Below are positions 58,053-59,692 of a stretch of 59,692 nt of DNA, piece after piece. Made by a program: the position numbers and the translations under genes. The DNA comes from an uncultured Bacteroides sp. (GTDB lineage Bacteria; Bacteroidota; Bacteroidia; Bacteroidales; SM23-62). The stretch spans positions 1-59,692 of the forward strand of contig CAZNQG010000003.1 of assembly GCA_964575235.1 (NCBI GenBank), written 5' to 3'. The number at the start of each line of letters is the position of its first letter. The first letter of the stretch is position 1. The notes under the pieces were generated by a model. The model searched no databases. It saw only the letters and a list, made by a program, of their open reading frames with translations, and was not told the origin of the DNA.

Positions 58053-59692
58053 ATGCTGAGCTTTGATCAGATACTTGTCTTCATTGTCCTTCTTTTCATC
58101 CTTATTTCCCTCTACAGGGAGATTCTCGGACCGGCATTCACCTTCCTGGTAGGCGTACTTGCCCTGGGCATTTTTGGCGTGCTCACACCCACCGAAATCA
58201 TCAGGGGATTCGGAAATGAGCAGATTGCCGTGATCCTCCTGCTCCTGCTGCTCGGGGATGTGATCCGCAGGACGGCTGTGGTGGAGGTGATATTCGACCG
58301 TTTCTTCAGATCGGCAAGATCGTACAGGGGATTCATGAGCCGGATGACTTTGCTCATAGGGGGGTTTTCGGCTTTCCTTAACAATACGCCCCTGGTGGCC
58401 GTCATGATTCCGTACGTTCATTCCTGGTGCAAACGGAAAAACATATCGCCCTCGAAATTCCTGATCCCGCTTTCCTATGCAGCCATCCTAGGGGGATGCG
58501 CCACCCTTATAGGAACCTCGACCAACCTGATTGTAAACGGTCTGGTTGTTGACCAGACGATTCTGCCGGGACTCGAACCCCTGAAAATATTTGACTTTGC
58601 GGCGGTGGGGGTCCCCATGATTGTCATTGGCTGGCTTTACCTTTTATTCTTCGGCGAGAAGTTGCTGCCTTCCCGCCCGGATACCATGACACAATTCTCG
58701 TTGGGACGGCGCGAGTACCTGTTCGAGGCCAAGGTCAGGGATAAATCCCCCCTGATCGGGAAGACCATCGAGGAATCGGGATTGCGCCAGAAGCCCGGTT
58801 TCTCTATCGTCGAGATCTGGAGGCGGGGTTACAAAATCACCGTATTCGGTCCCGATTTCCTGCTGGACAAGGGGGATATTTTGATCTTCGCAGGCGAAAC
58901 GGAAGCCGTAGCGGATATGATTGGCTCAAGCACGGAACTGGTAATCGCCGAAGTTGGAATGCTGACCCATAAATCCCGCGCCGAGATCGTGGAGGTGGTC
59001 GTGTCACAGAACTCCACCATCGAACACAAGACCGTGCGCGAGGCTAATTTCAGGAGCAAATACGACGCTGCAATCGTTTCGGTCCACCGCAACGGGGAAC
59101 TGATCAAGGGAAAGATCGGGGAGGTCGTTTTAAAATCAGGCGATGTCCTGCTGCTCTTTACAGGAGAGAATTTTGTTGAGCGTACGGTAGCAACCAAGGA
59201 TTTCTATTTCATTTCCAAGGTGAAGGAAATGGTAAAGCTGGAATGGTATAAAGCCGCCACCCTGCTGGGAGGGCTGCTCGTTGCCATCACCCTTGCAGCC
59301 CTGAACCTGGTGCCTCTGTTCCTGAGCCTTCTCTTTATCCTGGTCCTTTCCCTGGCCATGAGGATCACACAGCCCAGGGAACTGCCCCGGGCCATAGACT
59401 ATAACCTGGCCCTCATTATCGTACTTGCGCTGGCCCTCGGCACGGCCATGGTGAAAACCGGCACGGCCGACCTTGTCGCGGACGGAGTGATCCGGTTGTT
59501 TGCCCCCCTGGACAAGGTGGGCATCCTGGCCGGCATTTACCTGATCACCACCATACTGGCCGCCTACATCACCAGCAAGGCCGCTGCTGCCATCATATTT
59601 CCCATTGCCCTGCAAACGGCTGTGAACCTGCAGCTAGACCCGACTCCGTTCATTATGGACCCCGCGTATGCAGCGGGGGCTAATTTCTTCCC
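58053..59692 (+). CDS. SLC13/CitMHS-family anion permease with TrkA-C domains, 3'-truncated
   Basis: Open from ATG 58053 to window end; SAFLNNTPLV, LIPLSYAAILGGCATLIGTSTNL, two TrkA-C-like soluble repeats. Confidence 0.88.
   Translation, partial: MLSFDQILVFIVLLFILISLYREILGPAFTFLVGVLALGIFGVLTPTEIIRGFGNEQIAVILLLLLLGDVIRRTAVVEVIFDRFFRSARSYRGFMSRMTLLIGGFSAFLNNTPLVAVMIPYVHSWCKRKNISPSKFLIPLSYAAILGGCATLIGTSTNLIVNGLVVDQTILPGLEPLKIFDFAAVGVPMIVIGWLYLLFFGEKLLPSRPDTMTQFSLGRREYLFEAKVRDKSPLIGKTIEESGLRQKPGFSIVEIWRRGYKITVFGPDFLLDKGDILIFAGETEAVADMIGSSTELVIAEVGMLTHKSRAEIVEVVVSQNSTIEHKTVREANFRSKYDAAIVSVHRNGELIKGKIGEVVLKSGDVLLLFTGENFVERTVATKDFYFISKVKEMVKLEWYKAATLLGGLLVAITLAALNLVPLFLSLLFILVLSLAMRITQPRELPRAIDYNLALIIVLALALGTAMVKTGTADLVADGVIRLFAPLDKVGILAGIYLITTILAAYITSKAAAAIIFPIALQTAVNLQLDPTPFIMDPAYAAGANFF

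Noticed and set aside
105-59615. Many long antisense or alternate-frame ORFs (e.g. 2235-3302, 7286-8278, 45152-46216, 55341-56150)
   Set aside because: They lie over well-supported genes, show no recognisable motifs and are expected shadows of GC-rich codon usage
59655-59692. Unusual residues (MDPAYAAGANFF) in a normally hydrophobic SLC13 motif
   Set aside because: At the extreme end of the sequence; more likely low-quality terminal bases than biology
1-59692. CRISPR arrays, IS elements, prophage, defence systems, rRNA/tRNA
   Set aside because: No spaced repeats, transposase, integrase or phage motifs seen, and intergenic regions are short (under 300 nt)

Overview
Gene-dense 59.7 kb core/metabolic segment of a Bacteroidota (probably Bacteroidales-like, anaerobic, peptide- and sugar-fermenting) chromosome. 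The assignment rests on TAnnTTTG promoter boxes, a T9SS C-terminal domain, a PorE-like protein and Gln after several signal peptides. About 45 CDS are present. They include gltD (5'-truncated), trpB2, PhoD- and PhoA-type phosphatases, a tal/SIS/PfkB sugar-phosphate cluster, several oxidoreductases, a sulfatase, galM/galK, ppk2 and many peptidases. Also present are a PAP2-ArnT-GT2 envelope cassette, a GH3/beta-lactamase fusion, mce, a citD-citE fusion plus citF, VTC-DUF4956, pepD and a 3'-truncated SLC13 permease. I saw no rRNA, tRNA, CRISPR array, prophage or IS element. Two small genes missing from the ORF track were found by reading the sequence: a 23-aa Trp-rich leader peptide with a full attenuator in front of trpB2, and a 54-aa rubredoxin. 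The best leads are (1) an atypical citrate-lyase-like module (fused, apparently degenerate ACP, no citC/G/X in the window) near a homoisocitrate-dehydrogenase-like enzyme, an HD-to-AD variant hydrolase and an SLC13 transporter; (2) the Trp attenuator on a stand-alone trpB2; and (3) a TerB-fused ABCG-type exporter with a CxxC linker. All family calls come from motif recognition by eye; no searches or folding computations were run.
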